DNA of 64,000 bases from Tubulanus polymorphus. Lineage: Eukaryota; Animalia; Nemertea. Shown here piece by piece: positions 14,601 to 27,900 of this stretch. Position 1 is the stretch's first letter. Each line of letters begins with the position of its first letter. Under the pieces are notes generated by a model. The model ran no database searches and had not been told where the DNA came from. It worked only from the letters and a program-made list of their open reading frames with translations. A program made the translations under genes and the position numbers. The DNA lies in assembly GCF_964204645.1 (NCBI RefSeq), contig NC_134032.1, positions 15,426,275 to 15,490,274 on the forward strand, read 5' to 3'.

Positions 14601-17600
14601 TCATTTATGTGACGACTTATTCATCCAAATGACGACTTACACTCCATAAATTGAATTGGAAATATAAATTGAGACTCAAAAATAGAGATGACTTCAGTAA
14701 TGTGACGACTTATCCAAATGATGACTTACACTTAGTAAATTGAATTAGAAATACAAAATTGGGACTCAAAAATAGAGATGACTTCAGTAATGTAACTGCT
14801 TATCCAAATGATGACTTATACAGTAAATTGAATTAGAAATAGAAATTGAGACTCAAAAATAGAGATGACTTCAGTAATGTAACTGCTTATCCAAATGATG
14901 ACTTATGCATCGTAAAATGAATTGGAAATAATTTAAATTTGGACTAAGATATATGGGCGATTTTAGTAATTTTACTTTTATGACGATGATGACTAAATAT
15001 GACTGAAGCAGCAGAAACAGGTTCAGTGTGTCGGTAGATTTCTTATAGTACGTTACCTGCTGATGTGTGGTCCATATGAATACAAATAGGTGAATTCAAA
15101 CGTCTCATGTCAAACGTGTATAAACTGAAAACAACAAACGATAACGTAATAGTCAATAATTCAAACTAGATGGGTCTTGAATTAGGTAAGATTGGTCTCG
15201 ATACCGATTCTGGGATTCTCTTCTGGCGCATTCGTTTCTACGAGAATACTCTCTACCAATTCCGGAATACAATGAACCTGATAGTAGTGACTGGTTGCAA
15301 TTGGTCAGTTTGTAATCTGTAAACCTGATAGAAGCGGCCCTGGTAGAGAGTTTGTAATCTGTAAACCTGATAGAAGCGGCCGGTAGAGAGTTTGTAATCT
15401 GTAAACCTGAAAGAAGCGGCCGGTAGAGAGTTTGTAATCTGTAAACCTGAAAGAAGCGGCCGGTAGAGAGTTTGTAATCTGTAAACCTGATAGAAGCGGC
15501 CGGTAGAGAGTTTGTAATCTGTAAACCTGATAGAAGCGGCCGGTAGAGAGTTTGTAATCTGTAAACCTGATAGAAGCGGCTGGTAGAGAGTTTGTAATCT
15601 GTAAACCCGATAGAAGCGGCCGGTAGAGAGTTTGTAATCTGTAAACCCGATAGAAGCGGCCGGTAGAGAGTTTGTAATCTGTAAACCTGATAGAAGCGAC
15701 CGGTAGAGAGTTTGTAATCTGTAAACCCGATAGAAGCGGCCGGTAGAGAGTTTGTAATCTGTAAACTCGATAGAAGCGGCCGGTAGAGAGTTTGTAATCT
15801 GTAAACCTGATAGAAGCGGCCGGTAGAGAGTTTGTAATCTGTAAACCTGATAGAAGCGACCGGTAGAGAGTTTGTGATCTGTAAACCTGATAGAAGCGGC
15901 CGGTAGAGAGTTTGTAATCTGTAAACCTGATAGAAGCGGCCGGTAGAGAGTTTGTAATCTGTAAACCTGATAGAAGCGACCGGTATAGAGTTTGTAATCA
16001 GGAATCGAGATTCCTAAACCGGAATAGGTTCAATCGAAACCTTCCTATGTAGATTTGATTACGATTGACTTACTTGTAATCCTCGTTAGCGACCGTAAAT
16101 ATAAACGCTTCCATCGGATTCCAGGCGATCGTATTCGAACGGAGACTTAGTACGACTTTACGCAGCGGGGTGGCGCCTCTCATATCATACAGCAACACGC
16201 TACGATCCGATGCTGTAGCGCCAAGCAAATACGTCTACAGAATACAAACACATAATGGTTTTTTTAAAAAGCAACTTTTAAATCGGTACTGAGCTCGTTT
16301 AAGCTCGTGCTTAAGTTTCTAACTTGATCTCATAGTAAAAGTAAAGTTCAGGCTTAGATTACACGGTTAAAATTGTGCAACAACTTGGTCTCAGAAAATA
16401 CGTCTACAAAACACAAAATCAAACAATTATTAATTGGATAAAATCTAAACTTTCTAACTTTTTTTAATCAAAATTTACCCAAGTTGATTAAACGCTATTT
16501 TTCTACTGACCAACAGCGCTGCTTTAGGGCTCAAATTAGTTCATTTTCTATGTTTTCTAGAGACAATTTCTAATCGTATTAATTTTCAACCGAAAAGCCA
16601 GGGTTCCAGTAGATCAGGGCTGCCAACCTCCCAAAAGTGCTATCAGTAACAAATTGAATGTTTTTCAGTAACATTTCATTGAAATATGAAAGGAAATGTT
16701 CAAAACGTTCAGTAACATCTTTCAGATTTCACATACGCATCAAAAAAATCTAATCAGTATTTCTCATTACGAATACTGAAAATCAGTAACAGTTTGGCAG
16801 CTCTGGTTGATCGGGGAAATTCTGGTCAAGGGTCAGAGAAATATCGTCTGGGATTCTTTAATTTTCAGCCTAAAAATCAGGTGCCGGTTGCATAGTCACG
16901 AGCTTAGACTTAAGACCAGTCTAAGACCAACTTAGTTAGCCACTCAAGACAAGTCTTAAGATTTAAGACCAATTTTGGACTGTGCAACTGGCTCCATGGT
17001 TCGAGCAAATTCTGGTCAAGGGTCAGAGAAATATCAGGAATTCTCCGACGCGAAAGAACTTTGTCACATCATGATCTGTGTTTAGTTCTCGTCAACGAAC
17101 CTCGATAGGATTGAATCTAGCGTTAGTTACGCTGTCGACGCCCCATTTAAACGTTCTCATCGGCTGCGACCGTGTTTCGTCCCAGACGTCCACGCTTTCT
17201 CCGCACGTGACGAACAGATCTTTTTTCTGGTGGTGATCGATACCATAGAAACCGTGCTGTCGTAGAAATATACAGAAACAATGATATAAAACTGAATCTC
17301 TCGGGGAGAACGTAAAGACACACAACGATATTAAAATAAACGTTTGTTACCTTTCCTAATATGGTATTCATCGGTTCTGTGTTTGAGGCACTTGTCTCCT
17401 CTGTATCGAGACTCCATTGTTTTATAGTTTGGTCATCACCGCACTTTCGAAATGAAAAGAAATCGTGAATCTGGTTTCAGTAACTACTTGATTTGTCCAA
17501 GCCCAGTTCTACAGTTCTACGGATAAGAATTAGAGTTGAAATATTGAAAATGGACTAGTTTTAACTCAGAGTTAACCCTTTCACCCTGGATCGTGAGTTC

Positions 17601-18110
17601 AGAGCTAACTCTAACTCACAACTGTGGGCTTGGATCCTGAGTTCAGAGTTAACTCTAACTCACACAACTGTGGAACTGGATCCTGAGTTCACAGTTAACT
17701 CTAACTCACACAACTGTGGAACTGGATTCAGAGTTCAGAGTTAACTCTAACTCACACAACTGTGGAACTGGATGCTGAGTTCAGAGTTCACTCTAACTCA
17801 CAACTGTGGAACTGGATCTATAACACGAGTGGAATGTGGAATAAAAGACTTACAGAGAAGAAGTATTTTCCACTCGGATGAGCGGAAATTCCACGCACGA
17901 ATCCGTCGTGTGCGGTGATCGTACGAACACATTCGCGGGTCGCCAGGTTCCACAATCGGATCTGAAATGAAACGAAACACATTCTACATTTTAGAGGATA
18001 CAGTTTAGAAATAAATATGAGAAGCGTTTATTCAAATAAGCAATCGACAAATATAGCTTAAAATTCACTTTACTAGAATGAGTGAGTTCATTTTGAAAAT
18101 GAATCTAATT

Positions 18111-18177
<67 letters not shown>

Positions 18178-19153
18178 ATCTAACCGTTGCTTCAAAGCAG
18201 TACTTCATTTGATATTATTACATTTTTAATGTATTTTCTTATTCGTTAATTTTGTAAAAATTCGACTTGAAAATAAATCCATATCAATTTGAAAGTTGTT
18301 GAATATTTTTGGTTACCTCTCCGTCGCAAGCACCTGACATCAGCGTGGAGAGCGATTTCGGATGTTTCGCCAGACAGTTGATACCGTCGCCGTGACCGTC
18401 GAGAGAACCGAGAAACGGTTTCGCGAATACTCGTTCTAGTTTAGTAGCGTTCAGCGCTCGCGTGTACTCACGAGGTAACTCTAACGGGTGCAGATTCGGG
18501 TCGTAGTTCCTCGGCACTGAAATAGATAGACATATGAATAGAGGAAGGGAGAGAGAGGGAGAATGAGATCGAGAGGGAGGGAGAGGAGAGATTGAGTGAG
18601 AGGGAGAGGAAGGGAGAGAGAGAGAGAGAGAGAGAGGGAGAATGAGATCGAGAGGAAGGAGAGAGGGAGAGGAAGGGAGGGAGAGAGATGGAGAGGAGAG
18701 ATTGAGTGAGAGGGAGAATTAGAGGGAAGGGAGATTGAGAGGAGAGAGACGAAAGAGGGAGAGATGGAGAGGGAGGAGAGAATCAACATGGAGAATGAGA
18801 TCGAGATGGAGGGAGAGATGGAGAAGAGAGATTGAAAGGGAGAGTGAGGAGGGGAAGGGAGGGAGAAAAGAGAGAGAGAGGAGAGATGGAGAGGAGAGAT
18901 TGAGTGAGAGGGAGAAGGGAGATTCAGAGGAGAGAGGGAGGGTAGGGAGGGGACTTATTGTTCTATATAAAATATGATAATTCTATTCGATTGCCATGGT
19001 GGTATGTGGATCGAAAATACAATTGACCGAGATGTTCAATATAGTATATTTGTATTGAATCACGTAACACTTACTTTTGAATATATCTCGTTTAGTTTCA
19101 CGAATATATTCATCCGGGTTCCTACTTAACATTTTCACTTTTAATTTAGACAT
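11666..19153 (-). CDS. DCAF13: DDB1- and CUL4-associated factor 13 (Sof1/WDSOF1, U3 snoRNP WD40 protein), 449 aa
   Basis: 11 phase-compatible exons: 19075-19153, 18317-18516, 17854-17961, 17351-17443, 17101-17256, 16074-16234, 15057-15124, 14286-14382, 13170-13305, 12497-12660, 11666-11753 (1350 nt). Diagnostic motifs KVKMLSRNPD, REYTRALNATKLERVFAKPF, AWNPMEAF, EVYHTKRMQ, WKARASEKLG, RHRHVPK. Confidence 0.96.
12060..12230. mobile_element. MITE, ~30-bp terminal inverted repeats
   Basis: taggggatcattcatttattacgtatgcat...atgcgtacataataaatgaatgaccccta. Confidence 0.8.
13448..13586. mobile_element. MITE, 47-bp-array family
   Basis: ggccggttacatagtcatg...catgactgtgcaactggcc inverted ends. Confidence 0.8.
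13746..13787 (-). ncRNA. Minimal type I hammerhead ribozyme (GUC cleavage triplet)
   Basis: AUAC-CUGACGA-U-GAUCUC(uaggga)GAGAUC-GAAA-CG-UC-GUGU: intact core, 6-bp stem II, palindromic ACGU stem III, 4-bp stem I. Confidence 0.8.
13793..13834 (+). ncRNA. Minimal type I hammerhead ribozyme (GUU triplet)
   Basis: ACAC-CUGACGA-U-GAUCUC(uagggu)GAGAUC-GAAA-CG-UU-GUGU. Confidence 0.75.
14520..14950. repeat. ~89-bp degenerate tandem repeat, also at ~10890-11040
   Basis: tatccaaatgatgacttacacttagtaaattgaattagaaatacaaattgagactcaaaaatagagatgacttcagtaatg, 4-5 copies. Confidence 0.8.
15310..15999. repeat. 40-bp minisatellite, ~17 copies, in a DCAF13 intron
   Basis: tttgtaatctgtaaacctgatagaagcggccggtagagag. 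Confidence 0.95.
16616..16805. mobile_element. hAT-like MITE
   Basis: cagggctgccaa...ttggcagctctg ends with repeated subterminal tcagtaaca; no clean TSD seen. Confidence 0.55.
18540..18952. repeat. GA-rich low-complexity tract in DCAF13 intron 1
   Basis: Almost pure purine on the plus strand. Confidence 0.9.
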
Positions 19154-19518
19154 TTTGTTCACTGGATTCCTCAATTTAAGTTCATTAAAACATCGAATTA
19201 ATCAATTAACTGCTTTCGCCATGCTTATTTTTTCGCAGGTTCATGGGCGCAGCCATTTTGGATTTTAGAAACGGTGGCAGCACGGTGGATTCAAATTCAA
19301 TACAAATATACTATATTGAATAAAGAAGTTTGGTGATAACGCCACGATGATCCGGCGTCTGCGACCCGTGACATCAGCAATTCAAATCGTGTCTTAATAA
19401 TTCTAATTTCAGAAAAAAACTAATATTCAACCCGTTACAACTGTCGTTATCTTTTAACAACTACATTGTTGTATTTACTCTTAAAGGAATCATAAGGAAA
19501 TCTTGGGACACCGGCCTC

Positions 19519-19750
19519 CACCAGGACCACTCTGAATAAGTGTCAGTAATTACTGGGTTCTAACCCGGACTACCCTGTACATCCTCTATTCAGCATCAGC
19601 ACCACTCTGAATCAATGTCAGTAATTACTGTGTTCGATCCCGGGACACCCTGTACATCCTCTATTCAGCACCAAGACCACTCTGAATAAGTGTCAGTAAT
19701 TACTGGGTTCGAACCCGGGACACCCCTGTATATCCTCCATTTAGCATCAG
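19519..19750. repeat. ~75-bp repeat x3 containing a B-box-like GGGTTCGAACCC
   Basis: accactctgaat recurs at 19527, 19601 and 19676. Confidence 0.75.
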
Positions 19751-21264
19751 GGCCGATCAGAAATAGCTAGAGTAACTATCAGTGGAGTTTTTATTTTTCA
19801 GTGTAGTACAGAATGTACTTGAGAAAACAGACAAATTAATTATTATTCCATTAATGGTCGAGTCCTAAATGCAGGTTGATAGCTGCATAAATAGTCAAAT
19901 ACATGAAAGTCTCCGAGACCTTAGAATAATCGGACAAGATCGGTCTGATAACTCCTAGCTGAGTCGCAGTGAAAGGTGTCGGTCTGTTGCCTGGACCCCA
20001 GACATTCTATCTGAGGAGGTGGAGGGTTCAAGCTGTGTTTGAAGTTCACTTCAGATTATTTAGAAGGCGACAAGTCTAAATGAGAGTCCGCCCTATGGAT
20101 GGGCACTGGAGTATCCTCAGAGTGCCAAGCTGCTGCAGGTTGATACATGCATTCATATAATCTAGGAGTAATCAGACTGATAACTTTAATAAAGAAAGTC
20201 TCTACAACAGTGAGAATGGTTTGAAGTCCTCATTTTACAGTGGATCCTTAGTTAAATACAAATATTATGGGCGAAGTGAAATTGTTGTATTATCCAAATA
20301 AGGATCGATTAGCCGGGGCATGCTGGAAATCTGATCGTAATAAACAGGTTTTGTCTTGAACAGAATCGAGGGTTCAATGAGGTTCAACTGTCGTCTCATT
20401 TCATTCAATTCACTTCCAGAGAAAAAGTGCACAATAGACTTTGACTAACTCAAATCAATTAAGACAAGGTGATAATTGTCACCTGCAGATTAAAGAATTT
20501 CAATGAAATATTTCAATGTGTTTAGTCCGAGTTGGTGTAAGCTTGGAGAATAACTCTAGGATAAAAGTAACAAGACTAGAAATGATTCTAGAAAGAGAGT
20601 CCACCGTCCATTATATAAAGAAAAAATAACACATACAATTTGTAGCGAACCACTGACCACTAGTGATACTGATGATAAAACAACTTGCGGTTCGTAGTTC
20701 AATTGGTATTTATAAACAATAGTTCAACAGATAATCAAACACCATAAAATCAATGTATTCATCAATATAATAATCAAACAAGTCAAGAGCAAACTGTGTA
20801 TCTTGAGTTAAGAGTTTAACATCGTCAGAATGAGATGCAACACAAAAACAATCATTTTAAAGAAATAAATGTATTTACAAAAACAAACGCAAAGTCACAA
20901 GTACATAATCTCACAGTGCTCACATTAATCACTGTAACAAAACTCTAAACCAAAGTTTGACGTCCTCAATTATCATTTACAAAATTATTTAACCAACACA
21001 ACAAAAACACGAGAAGGTCCTTGAAATGTATGCATTTAAAACGCAAAGTCGTAGCAAATCAGTAATTAATAACCCACAATCAGATTCAACAACAAACCAG
21101 CCAATCAAACCATCAATTCATATTTATTTTTCAATAGATGTACAATGTGTATTTACATTCAACCTATACTGAAGCTATCAATCAGCTCTTATGACAAATA
21201 AACTTAAAACGACAAGTCATGATTATTAACACAGAGAATTCATCAACAGTGAAATATCTCTATA

Positions 21265-21700
21265 TTTTGATGGAGAAATTGGTCGGCATCTCTGGAACTA
21301 CGCTAACTCACGGTAACAAACACTGAAAGTTCCGATTTGACGGAGAAATTGGTCGGCATCTCTGGAACTACGATAACTCGCGGTAACAATCACTGAAAGT
21401 CCCGATTTGACGGAGAAATTGGTTGGCATCTCTGGAACTACGATAACTCGCGGTAACAAACACTGAAAGTTCCGATTTGACGGAGAAATTGGTCGGCATC
21501 TCTGGAACTACGATAACTCGCGGTAACAAACGCTGCAAGTTCCGATTTGACGGAGAAATTGGTTGGCATCTCTGGAACTACGATAACTCGCGGTAACAAA
21601 CGCTGCAAGTTCCGATTTGACGGAGAAATTGGTCGGCATCTCTGGATCTACGATAACTGAAAGTCCCGAATTGATGGAGATATTGGTCGGCATCTCTGAT
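21265..21700. repeat. 70-bp minisatellite, ~6 copies
   Basis: cggagaaatt recurs at 21341, 21411, 21481, 21551 and 21621. Confidence 0.92.
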
Positions 21701-22909
21701 TTGATCTTTTCCTGTCAGCTGATATTCTACAGCCAACCACAAGCTCAAAACTACAATTACACAACACAAAATATGAATAATGATATCATTTTTGAGGCTC
21801 TTCTTGAAAATAGATTTCAATTATACCTGATTTTTAGTCGATTCAGACACATGACTCTTAGGTTTTTCTTGAAGAAATTGATCTGCATCATCGGTATCGT
21901 TTCCATCTTGATATCTGGTATTGTGTGACGAATAACTCAATACTAACTACAAAAACAATGTACTAAATATAAACAATGATTTTCATTCATGACTCTTCAT
22001 AAAAACAAAATTCATCTAATTTCAATTATACCTGATTTATAGTCAATTCAGACTCATGACTCGGACCTTGAGGAATTTGATCAACACTTCCTGAACTCTG
22101 ATGTTTCCTTTCCTCTGGTTTTGAGCGTCTCTAACAACAACAGTCCACTGGCTACAACACAAATACATAAAATAAACGTAACAATCTTCTTTGAGTTGAC
22201 TGTTCCTGCAAAGAAATTTATATCAAGTACACATATACCTGAATTATAGTTGATTCACACTCGTGACACCTTAAATATTTCTCAACGACAACTGGAACAA
22301 TCCTGAATGTTTCCTGTCGATCGTTTGGTATTTTGTACTTGATGACCAAATCAATACACGCTACAACAGGGAAATATGAAATACACGTAATACTAACCTA
22401 CCGTCCTAGTTGAGAACATTCTTATCTACAAAGAAATTTATAGCAATTTATACTATACCTGATTTATAGTCTTGACTTAGTGAAATTTCTCAGAACATCA
22501 GGAACTTTCAGTATCATCTTGAACTTTCTGTTTGGGGCGTGGAGATTCCTCAGCAGAGTACCTCAGATTTCTGCTGACAACAGACACCAATCCAACACTT
22601 CTCTTTCTGGTACTTTCAACTTTCTCTCTCCTCTCGTTTTACAAATTGATATTTAACAATTTGACATTTTGATATTTTTATCATCATAAAATTAATATTA
22701 CATTTTTACTTTACATCATCGTTATTTGAGATTGTACAAGGAATTATACAACTAATACGTTTCTTAACGTTCTTTAATTTTAATCTAACAGCTGTTTGTA
22801 AATTCTTTCCACACACAAAGATGGCATGCTGCATGCTGATCAATTTGTTTACTATGCGCATGGACCCGCGGGTGTGCCAGTGCTGTTTAGTGCAAGCGAT
22901 GCATCGGTG

Positions 22910-23081
22910 CAAGTGCAAAGTTGGACGTCAAGTGCAAAGTGGGACGTCAAGTGCAAAATGGGACGTCAAGTGCAAAGTGAGACGTCAAGTGCAAAGTGAG
23001 ACGTCAAGTGCAAAGTGGGACGTCAAGTGCAAAGTGAGACGTCAAGTGCAAAGTGAGATGCTAAGTGCAAAGTGAGACGTC
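22910..23081. repeat. 19-bp minisatellite, ~9 copies
   Basis: gtgcaaagtgagacgtcaa. Confidence 0.92.
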
Positions 23082-23344
23082 AATTGTTTTCACCAGTGTT
23101 TTCATTGATCAACCATCTTTCTGAAGATGTTTAAAACAATTTGAATTCTAACAGTTTTTTTACACTGTCAGCTCACAGACTAAGAAACTGGTTTACCTCA
23201 TCATCAGAGTTTAGACGCTGACAATTTTATCACTCCATAGGTGGAGTACAAGTCACTGAGAATTCAGTTAATGTCAGAATTTACTTGTCAATTCAAGAAG
23301 GGAAGGAGAAGGCATTAAACTTAAATTTTAACACTAAACTTCTA

Positions 23345-24920
23345 ACTAATTCAACCACAGCGTTTTGTTTTACTTAACCTTTATCACTAATGATTGTTTT
23401 GCAGTAATTCACCCACAGTGTTTTGTAACACTTAACTTTCATCACCAACTTTTGATTAAACAGTAATTCACCCACAGTGTTTTGTAACACTTAACATTCA
23501 TCACCAACTTTTGATTTAACAGTAATCTGCCCACAGTGTTTTGTAACACTTAACTTTCATCACCAACTTATGATTAAACAGTAATCCACACACAGTGTTT
23601 TGTAACACTTAACTTTCATCACCAACTTTTGATTTAGCAGTAATTCACCCACAGTGTTTTGTAACACTTAACTTTCATCACCAACTTTTGATTAAACAGT
23701 AATTCACCCACAGTGTTTTGTAACACTTAACTTTCATCACCAACTTTTGATTAAACAGTAATTCACCCACAGTGTTTTGTAACACTTAACTTTCATCACC
23801 AACTTTTGATTAAACAGTAATTCACCCACAGTGTTTTGTAACACTTAAATTTCATCACCAACTTTTGATTTAGCAGTAATCCACCCACAGTGTTTTGTAA
23901 CACTTAACTTTCATCACCAACTTTTGATTTAGCAGTAATTCACCCACAGTGTTTTGTAACACTTAACTTTCATCACCAACTTTCGATTAAACAGTAATTC
24001 ACCCACAGTGTTTTGTAACACTTAACTTTCATCACCAACTTTCGATTAAACAGTAATTCACCCACAGTGTTTTGTAACACTTAACTTTCATCACCAACTT
24101 TCGATTAAACAGTAATTCACCCACAGTGTTTTGTAACACTTAACTTTCATCACCAACTTTTGATTAAACAGTAATTCACCCACAGTGTTTTGTAACACTT
24201 AACTTTCATCACCAACTTTTGATTTAGCAGTAATCCACCCACAGTGTTTTGTAACACTTAACTTTCATCACCAACTTTTGATTAAACAGTAATTCACCCA
24301 CAGTGTTTTGTAACACTTAACTTTCATCACCAACTTTTGATTAAACAGTAATTCACCCACAGTGTTTTGTAACACTTAACTTTCATCACCAACTTTTGAT
24401 TTAGCAGTAATTCAACCACAGCGTTTTGTTTTACTTAACTTTCATCACCAACTTTTGATTAAACAGTAATTCACCCACAGTGTTTTGTAACACTTAACTT
24501 TCATCACCAACTTTTGATTAAACAGTAATTCACCCACAGTGTTTTGTAACACTTAACTTTCATCACCAACTTTTGATTTAGCAGTAATCCACCCACAGTG
24601 TTTTGTAACACTTAACTTTCATCACCAACTTTTGATTCAGCAGTAATCCACCCACAGTGTTTTGTAACACTTAACTTTCATCACCAACTTTTGATTAAAC
24701 AGTAATTCACCCACAGTGTTTTGTAACACTTAACTTTCATCACCAACTTTCGATTAAACAGTAATCCACCCACAGTGTTTTGCAACACTTAACTTTCATC
24801 ACCAACTTTTGATTCAGCAGTAATCAACCCACAGTGTTTTGTAACACTTAACTTTCATCACCAACTTTTGATTTAACAGTAATTCACCCACAGTGTTTTC
24901 TAACACTTAACTTTCATCAC
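23345..24920. repeat. 59-bp satellite, ~26 copies
   Basis: cagtaattcacccacagtgttttgtaacacttaactttcatcaccaacttttgattaaa. Confidence 0.96.
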
Positions 24921-24924
24921 ACTT

Positions 24925-27900
24925 ATACATGGAACCACCACCCGAAGATCGACATATTTGAACAGCTATTACAGGACAGCATGTTTGACTAAATACAGTT
25001 AAAATCGCAATTGAGCAAACGTGATTTAGTATCACAATTTGCCAGCATCTGTAACCATGGAACCACCACCCAAAGATTGGCATCTTTGACTATATACAGT
25101 TAAAATGGAAAATCGCAATTGAGCAAACATGATTTAGTATCACAATTTGCCAGTATCTGTATGCATGGAACCACCACCCGAAGATTGGCATCTTTGACTA
25201 TACACAGTTAAAATGGAAAATCGCAATTGAGCAAACATGATTTAGTATCACAATTTGCCAGTATCTGTATGCATGGAACCACCACCCAAAGATTGGCATC
25301 TTTGACTATACACAGTTAAAATGGAAAATCGCAATTGAGCAAACATGATTTAGAATCACAATTTGCCAGTATCTGTGACCATGGAACCACAACCCGAAGA
25401 TTGGCATATTTACGTAGCTATCAGAAGACAGCATGTTTAAAACGGAAAATCGCAATAAAGCAAACGTGATGAGGTATCACAATTTGCCAACATCTATAAC
25501 CATGGAACCACCACCCAAAGATTGGCATCTTTGACTATACACAGTTAAAATGGAAAACCGCAATTGAGCAAACATGATTTAGTATCACAATTTGCCAGCA
25601 TCTGTAACCATGGAACCACCACCCGAAGATCGACATATTTACGTAGCTATCAGAAGACAGCATGTTTAAAACGGAAAATCGCAATAAAGCAAACGTGATG
25701 AGGTATCACAATTTGCCAGCATCTGTAACCATGGAACTACCACCCAAAGATAAGCATCTTTGACTATATACAGTTAAAATGGAAAATCACAATTGAGCAA
25801 ACATGATTAAGTATCACAATTTGCCAGCATCTGTACACATGGAACCACCACCCGAAGATTGGCATATTTACGTAGCTATCAGAAGACAGCATGTTTAAAA
25901 CGGAAAATCGCAATAAAGCAAACGTGATGAGGTATCACAATTTGCCAGCATCTGTAACCATGGAACTACCACCCAAAGATAAGCATCTTTGACTATATAC
26001 AGTTAAAATGGAAAATCGCAATTGAGCAAACATGATTAAGTATCACAATTTGCCAGCATCTGTAACCATGGAACCACCACCCAAAGATTGGCATATTTAC
26101 GTAGCTATCAGAAGACAGCATGTTTAAAACGGAAAATCGCAATCAAGCAAACGTGATGAGGTATCACAATTTGCCAGCATCTGTAACCATGGAACCACCA
26201 CCCGAAGATTGGCATATTTACGTAGCTATCAGAAGACAGCATGTTTAAAACGGAAAATCGCAATCAAGCAAACGTGATGAGGTATCACAATTTGCCAACA
26301 TCTATAACCATGGAACCACCACCCAAAGATTGGCATCTTTGACTATATACAGTTAGAATGGAAAATCGCAATTGAGCAAACATGATTTAGTATCACAATT
26401 TGCCAGTATCTGTACACATGGAACCACCACCCAAAGATTGGCATCTTTGACTATATACAGTTAGAATGGAAAATCGCAATTGAGCAAACATGATTTAGTA
26501 TCACAATTTGCCAGTATCTGTATGCATGGAACCACCACCCAAAGATTGGCATCTTTGACTATACACAGTTAAAATGGAAAACCGCAATTGAGCAAACATG
26601 ATTAAGTATCACAATTTGCCAGCATCTGTAACCATGGAACCACAACCCGAAGATTGGCATATTTACGTAGCTATCAGAAGACATCATGTTTAAAACGGAA
26701 AATCGCAATAAAGCAAACGTGATAAGGTATCACAATTTGCCAACATCTATAACCATGGAACCACCACCCAAAGATTGGCATCTTTGACTATACACAGTTA
26801 AAATGGAAAACCGCAATTGAGCAAACATGATTTAGTATCACAATTTGCCAGTATCTGTAACCATGGAACCACCACCCGAAGATCGACATATTTACGTAGC
26901 TATCACATGACAGCATGTTTAAAACGGAAAATCGCAATGAAGCAAACGTGATGAGGTATCACAATTTGCCAGCATCTGTAACCATGGAACCACCACCCAA
27001 AGATTGGCATCTTTGACTATACACAGTTAAAATGGAAAACCACAATTGAGCAAACATGATTTAGTATCACAATTTGCCAGCATCTGTACACATGGAACCA
27101 CCACCCGAAGATCGACATATTTATGTAGCTGTCACATGACAGCATGTTTAAAACGGAAAATCGCAATGAAGCAAACGTGATGAGGTATCACAATTTGCCA
27201 GCATCTGTAACCATGGAACCACCACCCGAAGATTGGCATCTTTGACTATATACAGTTAAAATGGAAAACCGCAATTGAGCAAACATGATTTAGTATCACA
27301 ATTTGCCAGTATCTGTAACCATGGAACCACCACCCGAAGATTGGCATATTTGACTATATACAGTTAAAATGGAAAATCGCAATTGAGCAAACGTGATTTA
27401 GTATCACGATTTGGCAGCATCTGTAACCATGGAACCACCACCCAAAGATAGACATATTTACGTAGCTATCAGAAGACAGCATGTTTAAAACGGAAAATCG
27501 CAATAAAGCAAACGTGATGAGGTATCACAATTTGCGAGCATATGTAACCATGGAACCACCACCCAAAGATTAGCATCTTTGACTATATACAGTTAAAATG
27601 GAAAATCGCAATTGAGCAAACGTGATGAGGTATCACAATTTGCCAGCATCTGTACACATGGAACCACCACCCAAAGATTAGCATCTTTGACTATATACAA
27701 AATGGAAAATCGCAATTGAGCAAACGTGATGAGGTATCACAATTTGCCAGCATCTGTACACATGGAACCACCACCCGAAGATAGACATATTTACGTAGCT
27801 ATGAGAAGACAGCATGTTTAAAACGGAAAATCGCAATAAAGCAAACGTGATGAGGTATCACAATTTGCCAACATCTATAACCATTGAACCACCACCCAAA

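Noticed and set aside
16396-16420. Copy of the DCAF13 exon-6 acceptor (aaatacgtctaca)
   Set aside because: Only ~13 bp match and no open exon behind it.
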